Shown one piece after another: positions 1-9,966 of a stretch of DNA of 64,000 bases; position 1 is the stretch's first letter; every line of letters starts with the position of its first letter. The stretch is taken from positions 15,589 through 79,588 of the IMG/VR virus record IMGVR_UViG_3300038530_004004; one strand, written 5' to 3'. The notes below the pieces were generated by a model, which saw nothing but the letters and a program-made list of their open reading frames with translations, had not been told where the DNA came from and searched no databases. This stretch comes from a virus (Duplodnaviria > Caudoviricetes). Made by a program: the position numbers and the translations under genes.

Positions 1-1200
1 GACAACAATAAAAAACGTCAGGATGGTGTAGGTACAAACGCAAGGGCACTTATTCGTAATCTTGATGCTCTCCGTGAGAAAGGTAGTTTGTCTAAAGGCG
101 TGAGAATAGATAAAGGTAAAGGTCTAATATGCGTGAAAATGGTTAAACGTGAAGGCTTACCGGAAGATTTTGACCTTTCTGTGCCGGATAATGAAATCAT
201 TAGCGTTGCATTAAATCAAAAAAATGAAAACCCAAAAAGAAAAGTTGTCGTGGTCACACGAGATATTAACATGCGTGTTAAATGCGATTCTTTGGGTTTG
301 ACGACGGAGGATTTTCAATCAGATCAAGTTGTAAAAGATACAGATAATATTTATACTGGCTTTACTAATCACTTGGTTGACGGCCCGGTTTTAGATCGGT
401 TTTATTCAGGAGAAGAAGTCTACATAGAGGAAGAAGAATTAAAATTAAATCCAAATCAGTTTCTAATGCTGATATCAAATCAAAATGAAAAAAAGACGGC
501 TCTCGGAAAGTTTGAATCTTATGAGAAACCCCTAAAGTTGCTCAATCCCGGCAATAAAAAAAGACTTTGGGGTTTAAAACCTAGAAATAAAGAGCAAATT
601 TTTGCCATGGATTTGTTGGAAGACCCAAAAATAAATGTTGTAACTTTAGTGGGTAAGGCTGGTTGCGGTAAAACCTTAATGGCAATCGCAGCTGGTCTTA
701 GCCAGGTTGTAGAAAAGGAAACTTATAGCAGACTTGTAGTATCTAGGCCAATTCAGCCCATGGGTAGAGATATCGGATTTCTACCAGGAACAATGGAGGA
801 AAAAATGTCTCCTTGGGTTGCACCAATCAGAGATAATCTAGAGTATCTAATGGCAAATGACAAAGCAACGTTGGAAACTTACATGGATAGAGGTAAAATA
901 GAAGTTGAGGCTTTAACATACATAAGAGGACGATCAATAGCAAACGCATTTATTATTATCGATGAAGCACAAAATCTTACAGCCCATGAACTCAAAACTA
1001 TCCTTACCCGCGTTGGTGAAGGAACAAAAATTATTTTAACTGGTGATGTGGAACAGATCGATAACGTTTATTTAGACGAGACGTCAAATGGTCTTACACA
1101 CGCAGTTGAAAAATTCAAAAATTTTGAAATTTCTGGCCATGTAACACTTTTAAAAGGTGAGAGATCCAAAATAGCAACAATCGCCTCTAAAATTCTTTAA
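1..1200 (+). CDS. phoH: PIN-domain PhoH-family ATPase (YlaK/PhoH2-like), 5'-truncated by the window edge
   Basis: Frame is open from base 1 (DNNKKRQDGVGTNARALIRNLDALREKG, PIN helix). It has PIN motif VVVTRDINMRVK, Walker A GKAGCGKT, and PhoH motifs GRDIGFLPG, YIRGRSI, IIDEAQN, TRVGEGTKIILTGD. Confidence 0.93.
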   Translation, partial: DNNKKRQDGVGTNARALIRNLDALREKGSLSKGVRIDKGKGLICVKMVKREGLPEDFDLSVPDNEIISVALNQKNENPKRKVVVVTRDINMRVKCDSLGLTTEDFQSDQVVKDTDNIYTGFTNHLVDGPVLDRFYSGEEVYIEEEELKLNPNQFLMLISNQNEKKTALGKFESYEKPLKLLNPGNKKRLWGLKPRNKEQIFAMDLLEDPKINVVTLVGKAGCGKTLMAIAAGLSQVVEKETYSRLVVSRPIQPMGRDIGFLPGTMEEKMSPWVAPIRDNLEYLMANDKATLETYMDRGKIEVEALTYIRGRSIANAFIIIDEAQNLTAHELKTILTRVGEGTKIILTGDVEQIDNVYLDETSNGLTHAVEKFKNFEISGHVTLLKGERSKIATIASKIL

Positions 1201-1207
1201 ATTATCG

Positions 1208-1216
1208 ACTATTTAT
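1208..1216 (+). promoter_or_regulatory. Candidate phage promoter motif (A)CTAnTTA
   Basis: ACTATTTAT in the intergenic gap before ATG 1243; the same motif recurs in four other intergenic gaps. Confidence 0.4.
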
Positions 1217-1242
1217 GTTATATTTTGTTAAAAGGAGTGTTT

Positions 1243-1488
1243 ATGTCTATAGAAAATGAAAACCCAGATTTGCTAAAGCCAGTACAATCTGAAAATGAAA
1301 TGAAAAAGTGGCTTGTAAATTATGTTGGACAAAAATTAAATCCAGAAAATGACGAAGTAAACGTTGAAATGATTATTCAGGTTATGGCTAGTGAATTTCC
1401 AGAGTTTCTTTTAGCAATCGCAGAAGAAAATTTTATTAGAGGTTATAGACAAGGCTTAACTGACGCAGATAAAGAAGTTGCCGCATAA
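1243..1488 (+). CDS. Hypothetical protein (~81 aa)
   Basis: ORF with AAGGAG upstream of ATG 1243; no recognisable motif. Confidence 0.7.
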   Translation: MSIENENPDLLKPVQSENEMKKWLVNYVGQKLNPENDEVNVEMIIQVMASEFPEFLLAIAEENFIRGYRQGLTDADKEVAA

Positions 1489-2154
1489 ATGTTCGAATAT
1501 ATTTTGGAATCATCTAAAAAATCAAAAAAAGAAAATGAGAAAATAAATATATATGATGTACCTTTTATTTTCTCACAGCCTTTTGAAAAAGACATTGATT
1601 TAAATTATATAAAAAATAAGATAGAGAGTTTAACCCCAGAATATTTTTTTGATAATGTTGATGGTTTTTTTGTCGGCTACGTTGAAGAGTTTTTTAAAGA
1701 TGGTCGTGAATATAATGCGATGTTTAAAGATGGTGCGATTTATATTTCGCCGGATCAAGATAATGAAGCAGATTTATTAGATGATATATTGCATGAGGTT
1801 GCACATGCCGTTGAAAAAACGCACGAAGATCAAATATATGGAGATGGCCGGCTAGAGCGAGAGTTTATATATAAGAGAAAATATTTATATTATCTTTTAG
1901 GTGATAAGGAATATGACATAGAGGCATATGCCAACCCAGAATATGATTATGAGTTTGATCAACATTTATATAAAAATGTTGGATACAATACTTTAAGAGG
2001 TGTCTCCGCAGAATTATTTTACTCTCCGTATGCTATTACAGCTTTGAGAGAGTATTGGGCAAATGGTTTTGAGAACTATTTACTAGGAGTTAGAGGTAAG
2101 TTAAAAGAAATTAGCCCAGTATTATATAACAAAGTTGACCAGTTTTTTGAATAA
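1489..2154 (+). CDS. Putative zinc metallopeptidase-like protein (HEXXH)
   Basis: DDILHEVAHAVE (HEXXH) and a downstream LREYWANGFENY that could provide the third ligand (E-x-x-A pattern). Confidence 0.55.
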   Translation: MFEYILESSKKSKKENEKINIYDVPFIFSQPFEKDIDLNYIKNKIESLTPEYFFDNVDGFFVGYVEEFFKDGREYNAMFKDGAIYISPDQDNEADLLDDILHEVAHAVEKTHEDQIYGDGRLEREFIYKRKYLYYLLGDKEYDIEAYANPEYDYEFDQHLYKNVGYNTLRGVSAELFYSPYAITALREYWANGFENYLLGVRGKLKEISPVLYNKVDQFFE

Positions 2155-2172
2155 TAATTTAGGAGAAACGTT

Positions 2173-2571
2173 TTGATTATAAATATAGAAAAAATAAAAC
2201 AAGAAAAACAAAATCAATATTTTAAAGCAACAATCTATAGTAGGTCTAGAACAAGAAAACACTATATGCATCAGAAAGATGTGATAAGAGAAATAGTTAA
2301 AAAGTATGATTTGAAAAAATATGAGTTAATACCAGAAAATAGTTCTGGCGCCTTGAACAAGGATCAACCCAGTGGGATATATGTTTTAAAGGTTGAGGAT
2401 AAACCAGTTGACATCTTAAAAAATAATGTTAAAATAGATACAACAAAAATAGAAGCTGAAGCTCCTCAAGTTGAAGAGCAAAAAAATAAGGCTTCGTTGC
2501 CCAATGGTCTTAAAAACATTACAAAGACTAAAAGAAAAAGGGCGACAAAAAATAAAAAAACAGAGGAATAA
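2173..2571 (+). CDS. Hypothetical protein with basic C-terminus
   Basis: TTG start after AGGAG; Lys-rich tail TKTKRKRATKNKK; abuts the next gene. Confidence 0.6.
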   Translation: MIINIEKIKQEKQNQYFKATIYSRSRTRKHYMHQKDVIREIVKKYDLKKYELIPENSSGALNKDQPSGIYVLKVEDKPVDILKNNVKIDTTKIEAEAPQVEEQKNKASLPNGLKNITKTKRKRATKNKKTEE

Positions 2572-3378
2572 ATGTCTCACATATCCTACTCCGAACTTAA
2601 AGAGTGGACAACTTGCGCTTGGAAACACAAGTTAAATTATATTGAAAAAATAAATCAGTTTAAAGGAAATGAACATACCGCTTTCGGTTCGGCACTTCAT
2701 ACAGTTTGTGAAGTTATAGTTCAAGATCACGATGAAAATAAAAAATCTAAAGATTTAGAACAGCTTTTTGAAAAAGAGTTTCTGCAAAATCTACAGAGAA
2801 TAAAAACTGCATCAAGCGAAATTGAATTTTCAGCTGATCTTTTAACTTCAATGCGTCAACAAGGAAAACATTTAATACAATTTATTTTACCTGCACTTAA
2901 AAAGTATTTTGGAAATTTTAAAATGATTTCTGTTGAGGAAAAAATATATGAAGATATTGAAAACAAGATTGTAGACAAAAAATTTAAGGGGTTTATTGAT
3001 TTAGTAATATACACCCCAGATACTAAAAAATATCATATTATTGACTGGAAAACTTGCTCCTGGGGTTGGGATAGTCGAAAGAAAACTGATAAAATGATAA
3101 CCTATCAACTCACCCTCTACAAACACTTTTGGGCAAAAAAGCACGGTAAAAATTATAAAGATATTACAACTCATTTTGCTTTGTTAAAAAGAACGGCCAA
3201 GAAAAATAATGTAGAACTATTTAAAGTCACAAACGGTGAAAAGAAAATAGGTAATGCTCTTAAATTATTAAATAAAGCCGTATATAATATCAATAAATGC
3301 AATCATGTCAAAAATAGACTTTCCTGTTATGGTAAGTATGGCGTGTGCGAATACTACAAAACAAAACATTGCTCATGA
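2572..3378 (+). CDS. PD-(D/E)XK exonuclease, Cas4/AddB/RecB-like, probable 4Fe-4S
   Basis: ISYSELKEWTTC, FGSALH, FKGFIDLV, IIDWKT, YQLTLY motifs; one N-terminal Cys plus a C-terminal Cys cluster (C..SC..C..C). Confidence 0.88.
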   Translation: MSHISYSELKEWTTCAWKHKLNYIEKINQFKGNEHTAFGSALHTVCEVIVQDHDENKKSKDLEQLFEKEFLQNLQRIKTASSEIEFSADLLTSMRQQGKHLIQFILPALKKYFGNFKMISVEEKIYEDIENKIVDKKFKGFIDLVIYTPDTKKYHIIDWKTCSWGWDSRKKTDKMITYQLTLYKHFWAKKHGKNYKDITTHFALLKRTAKKNNVELFKVTNGEKKIGNALKLLNKAVYNINKCNHVKNRLSCYGKYGVCEYYKTKHCS

Positions 3379-3385
3379 GGTTTAA

Positions 3386-4654
3386 ATGGATAAAAAAATT
3401 AAGGTCTTCACTCTTAGTGATATGCCTCTTAGTCCTAGTGGCGTTGGAACTCAAACTAGGTATATTTGTGAAGCGTTATTAAAAACAGGAAAGTTTCAAA
3501 TTCGTTCTTTCGGGGGCGCAATCAAACACCCAAAATATGAACCCATCAAAACAGAACAATATGGCGATGACTGGATTATGTTTCCAGTAGATAGCTATGG
3601 TAACAAAGAGATGGTGCGCTCATTAATTCGTCAAGAAAAACCAGATATTCTTTGGTTTATGACCGACCCACGCTTTTGGCATTGGCTATGGGAAATGGAA
3701 AATGAAATTAGACCCCTTATGCCTATGGTTTATTATCATGTTTGGGATAATTACCCCTATCCTACTTTTAATAAATCATTTTATGAGTCTAATGATTTTA
3801 TTGCAACAATATCAAAAGTAACAGATGATATTGTAAAAACTGTTGCTCCTGACGTCAAAAGTCAATACATCCCTCATGCGGTTAATAGTAATATATTTAA
3901 ACCTATTGAAGATAAAGACATTATGACTAGGTTTAAAGAGCAAGCGCTTGGAGAATATTATGAACCAGATAAGTTTATTTTCTTTTGGAATAATCGAAAT
4001 GCTAGAAGAAAACAATCTGGGTCTTTAATTTTTTGGTTTAAAGAATTTTTAGATAAAGTTGGTCACGACAAAGCTTGCTTAATTATGCATACTGAAGTAC
4101 AGGATCCCAATGGACAAGATCTTCAGGCAATTGTAGAACATTTAGATTTAGTGAACGGCCAAGTATTATTTAGCCAAACAAAAGTTAACTTAAGTAAGCT
4201 AGCGCTTATGTATAACATGGCTGATTGCACAATCAATATTTCAGACGCAGAGGGCTTTGGTTTAGCAACACTTGAATCACTTTCTTGTGGCACCCCGATT
4301 ATAGTTAATATGACGGGAGGACTTCAAGAACAAGTCACAGATGGTGAAAATGAATTTGGCATCCCTCTACAACCGGCTTCAAAAGCAATTATTGGCTCCC
4401 AGGCCATTCCTTGGATTCGAGAAGATAGATTAAATGGTGACGATGTTGTTGATGCAATGTATAAGATGTTTAATTTATCAAAAGAAGAAAGAGATAACAT
4501 GGGTAAGCTTGGTCGTAAACATGTAATGAAAAATTATAATTTTGATGATTTTAACAAAACTTGGATTGACACCATGATTAATATTTACGAACAAGAAGGA
4601 TCATGGGATAAAAGAAAATATAACAAAAGATGGACTTTGGAGGAGGTTGCCTAA
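3386..4654 (+). CDS. Glycosyltransferase, GT-B (GT4-like)
   Basis: SGVGTQ, YIPHAVN, NRNARRKQ and AEGFGLATLESLSCGTPII (E-x7-E) motifs. Confidence 0.9.
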   Translation: MDKKIKVFTLSDMPLSPSGVGTQTRYICEALLKTGKFQIRSFGGAIKHPKYEPIKTEQYGDDWIMFPVDSYGNKEMVRSLIRQEKPDILWFMTDPRFWHWLWEMENEIRPLMPMVYYHVWDNYPYPTFNKSFYESNDFIATISKVTDDIVKTVAPDVKSQYIPHAVNSNIFKPIEDKDIMTRFKEQALGEYYEPDKFIFFWNNRNARRKQSGSLIFWFKEFLDKVGHDKACLIMHTEVQDPNGQDLQAIVEHLDLVNGQVLFSQTKVNLSKLALMYNMADCTINISDAEGFGLATLESLSCGTPIIVNMTGGLQEQVTDGENEFGIPLQPASKAIIGSQAIPWIREDRLNGDDVVDAMYKMFNLSKEERDNMGKLGRKHVMKNYNFDDFNKTWIDTMINIYEQEGSWDKRKYNKRWTLEEVA

Positions 4655-5928
4655 TGAAAGTCTTAGTAAGAGGTCCAGCGCTAACTCGCACCGGCTACGG
4701 TGAACACTGTCGTTTTGTATTGAGATGTTTAAGAGAGTGTAAAAATTTAGATATTTACTTATTACCAGTTAATTGGGGAGAGTCAGCTTGGGTATGGGAA
4801 GACACAGAAGAAAGGTCTTGGATTGATGAAATAGTTAAAAAAACTGCCATGTATAATCAACAAAAAGGCCAATATGATATGTCTATTCAAGTTACTATTC
4901 CTAACGAATGGCAGCGTATGGCTCCGGTAAATATTGGTGTTACAGCTGGTATTGAAACAACAAAAGTTTCACCGGTGTGGCTACAAAAATGCAATGAGAT
5001 GGATAAAATTGTTACTATTTCCGAACACTCTAAAAATTCTTTTTTAGATTCAGTGTATCAAGGTGTAGATCAAAATGGCAACCCAGCTTTTTTACGATGT
5101 CAAAAGCCAATAGAGATTGTTCACTATCCTGTTAAAAAAGATATACTGGACAATACAAAAAATCTTTTAAATCTGAAATTGTCAACAAAATTTAATTTTC
5201 TAACAGTGGCCCAATGGGGTGCAAGAAAAAACCTTGGTGCAACAGTTGAGTGGTTTATCGAAGAATTTATTGACAATCCTGAAGTGGGACTAGTCGTCAA
5301 AACTTTTGTCCGCGGCGGCAGTATAATGGATAAGCGCCTTATGTTTAAAGAATTAAAAAGATTGTTAGATAAATATAAAAATAGAAAGTGTAAAGTGTAC
5401 CTTCTTCATGGAGATTTAAGTGATGAGGAAATGCACTCACTGTATAGAGATAAAAACATCAGCGCACTAGTGAGCCTTACTCATGGAGAAGGATTTGGAT
5501 TGCCTTTGTTTGAAGCAGCTTATTGTGGTCTACCAGTCATAGCGACAGATTGGTCTGGACATGTTGATTTTCTTTACAAGCCAGTTAAGAATAAAAAGGG
5601 AAAACAAAAAAGCAAAGCGCACTTTGGTAAAGTTGATTATGAACTAAAACCTGTCGCCCCAGACGCAGTTTGGGATGGAGTCGTGCAGGCCGATTCAATG
5701 TGGGCATATGCCAATCCTGGTTCATACAAAATGAAATTGCGTGAGGTTTACAAAGATTATGGTCGCTTTAAATCACAAGCAAAAACTCTTATGAAGTGGA
5801 TTCACTCTGAATTTGAAGAGAGCAAACAACGTCAAAAATTTAATGATTGTTTAAAAGAATTTACCGAAGAATTGGATATTGATGATTGGTTGGATAAGTT
5901 AGAACAAGAATCGGTTACTTATGAATAA
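4654..5928 (+). CDS. Glycosyltransferase, GT-B (GT4-like)
   Basis: TGYGEH, RKNLG and GEGFGLPLFEAAYCGLPVIATDWSGH motifs; ATG overlaps the upstream TAA (TAATG). Confidence 0.9.
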   Translation: MKVLVRGPALTRTGYGEHCRFVLRCLRECKNLDIYLLPVNWGESAWVWEDTEERSWIDEIVKKTAMYNQQKGQYDMSIQVTIPNEWQRMAPVNIGVTAGIETTKVSPVWLQKCNEMDKIVTISEHSKNSFLDSVYQGVDQNGNPAFLRCQKPIEIVHYPVKKDILDNTKNLLNLKLSTKFNFLTVAQWGARKNLGATVEWFIEEFIDNPEVGLVVKTFVRGGSIMDKRLMFKELKRLLDKYKNRKCKVYLLHGDLSDEEMHSLYRDKNISALVSLTHGEGFGLPLFEAAYCGLPVIATDWSGHVDFLYKPVKNKKGKQKSKAHFGKVDYELKPVAPDAVWDGVVQADSMWAYANPGSYKMKLREVYKDYGRFKSQAKTLMKWIHSEFEESKQRQKFNDCLKEFTEELDIDDWLDKLEQESVTYE

Positions 5929-6763
5929 TGGTTACGTTTTTGTATCAGATTTTTTTTCTGATGAAATATTAGGAGGTGGAGAGTTAAATGATCAAGAGGC
6001 CATAAGTATTTTGTCAAAGAAGAATGATGTTATTAGAATTAAGAGTCAAAAGGTTGACTTATCATTTTTAAAAAAAAACATTAAAAAAAAATTTATAATT
6101 TCTAATTTTATTTTATTATCAAACGATTGTATAAAATTTTTGCAAGAAAATTGCAAATATATAATTTACGAGCATGATCATAAATATCTTGTTGGCAGAA
6201 ACCCATCGATCTATCCTAATTTTTTAGCACCAAAACAAAGCATAATCAACCATTCATTTTATAAAAACGCATGTAGTGTTTTTTGTCAATCTGGTTTTCA
6301 CAAAAATATATTACAAAAAAATTTGCAAATAAATAATTTAGTTAACTTAAGTGGTAATCTTTGGTCTGATGATACTTTAGATATTTTAGAAAAACACTCT
6401 GCTAAACAAAAAGTACAAAAAGCATCTATAATGTTATCAAATATTAAGCATAAAAACACCAAAGCATCTGTACTTTATTGTGAAAAAAAGAGTATTGATT
6501 ATGAACTAATACCGAGTTTAGGTTATCATGATTTTTTAAGTGCAATGAGTAATAATGATAAACTTGTATTCTTCCCTAAAACCCCAGAGACGTTATCGAG
6601 AATTGTTGTTGAGTGTCGAATGATGGGAATGAAAGTTATAACAAACAAATTAGTTGGAGCTTCAATGGAGCCATGGTTTAAATTAAAAGGTAAAGACTTA
6701 ATATTATTTATGAAAAATAAAAAAAATGATATTTTATTAAAAATAGAAGAGGCTTTTAAATGA
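5921..6763 (+). CDS. Putative GT-B-derived glycosyltransferase
   Basis: GGGELND at the N-terminus, YEHDHKY, and PETLSRIVVECRMMGMKVITN resembling the GT-B E-x7-E region; lies within the GT cluster. Confidence 0.55.
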   Translation: MNNGYVFVSDFFSDEILGGGELNDQEAISILSKKNDVIRIKSQKVDLSFLKKNIKKKFIISNFILLSNDCIKFLQENCKYIIYEHDHKYLVGRNPSIYPNFLAPKQSIINHSFYKNACSVFCQSGFHKNILQKNLQINNLVNLSGNLWSDDTLDILEKHSAKQKVQKASIMLSNIKHKNTKASVLYCEKKSIDYELIPSLGYHDFLSAMSNNDKLVFFPKTPETLSRIVVECRMMGMKVITNKLVGASMEPWFKLKGKDLILFMKNKKNDILLKIEEAFK

Positions 6764-7503
6764 TTAATTTTAAAGTAGTCATTCCTGTATATAACGCTGA
6801 AAAGTGGGTTCATTTATGTTTGAGAAGTTTAAAAAGACAAAGCTACAAGAATTTTCAGTGCTATATAGTAGATGACTTATCGACTGATAATACGTACAAG
6901 ATAGCATCCAACGAAATAAAAAATGATGAAAGGTTTTTCTTGCTTAAGCCAAGCCAAAAAGGATACCCTTTAGGAAGTTTAAATTTTGCTCTTGAAAATG
7001 CTAATATTGAAGATGAAGATGTTGTGGTTATATTAGATGGAGATGATTGGTTTTATAGTGAAAAAACCCTGCAAATTGTAAAAGAAATGTATGATAAAAC
7101 TGGTTGTTATTTGACATATGGAAGTTATGTTGAATATCCATCAAAAAAAAGAGGTAAATTCTCTAGAGAAGTGCCAAAACACATTGTAGAAAACAAGCTT
7201 TATAGAAGGTCGGAATGGATGACTAGTCATATGAGGACTTTTAAATATAAACTATGGAAGAGCATAGATAAGGACGATTTAAAAGATGAGAATGGCCGCT
7301 TTTATAAAAAGGCCGGCGATTTGGCTTCTACTTTTTGCATGTTAGAATTAGCGGGTAATAAAATTTCTTATATAAACGATATATTGTACGTTTACAATCG
7401 TGATAATCCGTTAAATGAGGATAAAGTTAATCACACAGAGCAACTTTTAGCCGAAAACAAAATAAGAAATTCAAAAGTATATGAAACATTGAAGGAGGAC
7501 TAA
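6760..7503 (+). CDS. Glycosyltransferase family 2 (GT-A)
   Basis: VVIPVYNAEKW, IVDDLSTD and ILDGDDW (DxD) motifs. Confidence 0.92.
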   Translation: MINFKVVIPVYNAEKWVHLCLRSLKRQSYKNFQCYIVDDLSTDNTYKIASNEIKNDERFFLLKPSQKGYPLGSLNFALENANIEDEDVVVILDGDDWFYSEKTLQIVKEMYDKTGCYLTYGSYVEYPSKKRGKFSREVPKHIVENKLYRRSEWMTSHMRTFKYKLWKSIDKDDLKDENGRFYKKAGDLASTFCMLELAGNKISYINDILYVYNRDNPLNEDKVNHTEQLLAENKIRNSKVYETLKED

Positions 7504-7504
7504 C

Positions 7505-8365
7505 TTGAACTTTTTTAAAGAAGACAAATTATATTTAATAACCGGAGCCACTGGTTTTTTGGGTGAGTGCCTAGTGAAAGAGCTTTTGAAAAAAAACATC
7601 AAATTAAGAGTTGTTTCACGCAACGAAGGTAAATTAATAGAACTTAAGCAAAAGTTTCCTTCAATTGAAATATACACCGGTGATGTATCAAATAAGTTTG
7701 ACACACATCAAGCCTGTAAAGGAGTTTCGGGGGTATACCATCTCGCAGCTTACAAACACGTTGGATTGGCGGAAAAGTTTTCTAAAGAATGTACTCAATC
7801 AAATGTTATTGCTTCATTAAATATTTTAGAAGAATCACTACAAAACAAATTTGATTTCGTTATTGGAATTAGCACTGACAAAGCTGCGCAGGTTAGTGGT
7901 GTTTACGGTGCAACAAAATACTTGATGGAAACACTGTTTCAACAATATGAACGCCTAAATCCAGAAACTCAATACAGATTAGTTCGTTATGGTAATGTTC
8001 TTTACTCGACTGGATCTGTGCTATGCAAGTGGAAAAAGTTATTACAAGAGGGCGGCGAAGTCGTTGTCACAGACACAAATGCAACAAGATTTTTTTGGAC
8101 AAGAGATGAAGCTGTACAACTAATTTTTGATTGTTTACAAAAAGCAGAAAATTCAAATCCATATGTTCCACATATGAAAGCCATGTCTATTGGTTCTTTA
8201 TTGGATGCTATGGCAGCTAAATATCTTCCAGCTGGGAGTGAGTTAAAAATAAAAACCATAGGATTGCAACCAGGGGAAAACCTTCATGAAAAAATATTAC
8301 AAGAAGGTCCGTACTCAAACGAGGTTGATTTTTTTACTGTTGAAGAAATTATGGAGAAAATCTAA
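7505..8365 (+). CDS. UDP-GlcNAc 4,6-dehydratase, PseB/FlaA1-like (Polysacc_synt_2)
   Basis: GATGFLG, HLAAYKHV, STDKA (T-D-K triad), YGATK, RYGNVLYSTGSV and GLQPGENLHE motifs; TTG start. Confidence 0.8.
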   Translation: MNFFKEDKLYLITGATGFLGECLVKELLKKNIKLRVVSRNEGKLIELKQKFPSIEIYTGDVSNKFDTHQACKGVSGVYHLAAYKHVGLAEKFSKECTQSNVIASLNILEESLQNKFDFVIGISTDKAAQVSGVYGATKYLMETLFQQYERLNPETQYRLVRYGNVLYSTGSVLCKWKKLLQEGGEVVVTDTNATRFFWTRDEAVQLIFDCLQKAENSNPYVPHMKAMSIGSLLDAMAAKYLPAGSELKIKTIGLQPGENLHEKILQEGPYSNEVDFFTVEEIMEKI

Positions 8366-9966
8366 TGAAAGTAGCTGGATTGTGCTCGGGCCATGACTGT
8401 GCCTTTGCGATTTTAGAAGATGGAGTTCCAATCCTCCATGCAGAATTAGAAAGATATTTAAGAGTTAAAGAGCCGTTAGGTGATTCTTTAGAATTTTTAT
8501 TTAAAACTTATGATTCATATGATGAAATAACTCATTTCACCCATTGTTTAGATAGCTGGAATGGAGGGATATCAAAAAGATACCCAGAAACTTTTAAGAA
8601 AATGAACGATCTTATTGAAAAAAGCAATGGAGAATATTTTGTCCCCGGCCACCATGAGTGTCATGCTGCAAACGCTTTCTTCTCAAGTAATTTTGAAGAT
8701 GCTTTAATAGTGACTATTGACGGCGGCGGAAGAGATTATGACAAGAATGGTAATGAATTTATTACAACTTTCACTATATGGGAGGGTAAAGGAAATAAAA
8801 TAAAACCAATAGCGATACTACCAGAGGATAAAATTAATTTGGGTGTGATGTGGTCTTTTTGCACAAAAAATATTTTTGGTTTGTCTGATGGATATCCAAA
8901 AGGAAATCAAGCTGGCTCCGTAATGGCCATGGCTGTGATGGGAGATCCGACAGAACACTTTGATTATTTTCACAGTTTTAAAGGTAAATTAAATAATAGA
9001 TTTGATTATAAGAGATTAAGACAATTAGCAGAGACATCAGAGGAACAAAGATTTAATATTGCAGCCGCATTACAAAAAACAACAGAAGTCATGACTAAAG
9101 CTATCATTGATAAGTATATTGATAAAAGTTCTTCTAGAAATTTATGTTTGGCTGGTGGTGTGGTGCTTAATTCTGTTATGTCTGGAAAAATGTTTGATTG
9201 GTATAATGATAGATTTGATGACATTTACATGTGCCCAGTGCCTTATGATGCGGGTTTAGCCATTGGCGCAGCGCAGTGGGTGTGGCATCAAAAATTAGAT
9301 AATCCAAGAATAAAATGGGATGACAATGCAACACCGTATTTAGGTGAGCTTTATAGTGCTGATCAGGTAAAAAAGGACATTGATAGCTATGGTGAGAGGA
9401 TTATAACAAAAACCACAACCGATGATGAAGTTTTAGATCTTTTGGCTAAAGGAAAGATAGTTTCTGTGTTCGGCGGCGGTTCGGAATCAGGAAGGCGTGC
9501 ATTGGGGAATAGAAGTATTCTGGCAGATCCACGTAGTCCAAAAATGAAAGACAAGATTAATGAAAAAGTAAAACATAGACAATGGTACAGGCCATTTGCA
9601 CCAGCTATACTAAAGGAAAGAGTAAAAGACTGGTTTGTTAGAGATATAGACAGTCCTTATATGGGCTTTGTTATAAAATTTAAACAAGAGGCCAAAGATA
9701 AAGTACCAGCCGTTGTGCATTATGATGGAAGCGGAAGACTACAGACAGTCAGCGAAAAAGATAATTATTGGTTCTATAATTTTCTTAAACAGTGGGAAAA
9801 AGTATCAGGCGTCCCAATACTTTTAAATACTAGTTTTAATGATAGAGAGCCAATTGTAGAAACTGCCTCACACGCAGTTAACTGCTTTCTAGGGACTAAA
9901 ATTGATTACTTGTATTTTTATGATGAAAAAATACTAGTTGAAAAAAGTGGTGCTGATAATGCCTAA
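8365..9966 (+). CDS. O-carbamoyltransferase, NodU/CmcH/NovN family
   Basis: GHDCA, ELER, HHECHAANAF, IDGGG, LAGGVVLN, DAGLAIGAA, GRRALGNRSILADPR, KHRQWYRPFAP, HYDGSGRLQTV and LLNTSFN motifs. Confidence 0.95.
   Translation: MKVAGLCSGHDCAFAILEDGVPILHAELERYLRVKEPLGDSLEFLFKTYDSYDEITHFTHCLDSWNGGISKRYPETFKKMNDLIEKSNGEYFVPGHHECHAANAFFSSNFEDALIVTIDGGGRDYDKNGNEFITTFTIWEGKGNKIKPIAILPEDKINLGVMWSFCTKNIFGLSDGYPKGNQAGSVMAMAVMGDPTEHFDYFHSFKGKLNNRFDYKRLRQLAETSEEQRFNIAAALQKTTEVMTKAIIDKYIDKSSSRNLCLAGGVVLNSVMSGKMFDWYNDRFDDIYMCPVPYDAGLAIGAAQWVWHQKLDNPRIKWDDNATPYLGELYSADQVKKDIDSYGERIITKTTTDDEVLDLLAKGKIVSVFGGGSESGRRALGNRSILADPRSPKMKDKINEKVKHRQWYRPFAPAILKERVKDWFVRDIDSPYMGFVIKFKQEAKDKVPAVVHYDGSGRLQTVSEKDNYWFYNFLKQWEKVSGVPILLNTSFNDREPIVETASHAVNCFLGTKIDYLYFYDEKILVEKSGADNA

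Noticed and set aside
6065-6091. Two A9 homopolymer tracts in the GT-like gene 5921-6763 as a phase-variation or frameshift site
   Set aside because: The gene is in frame, and an A9 run also occurs in the unrelated gp5-like gene (28826-28834) in this AT-rich genome; read-level length variation would be needed.
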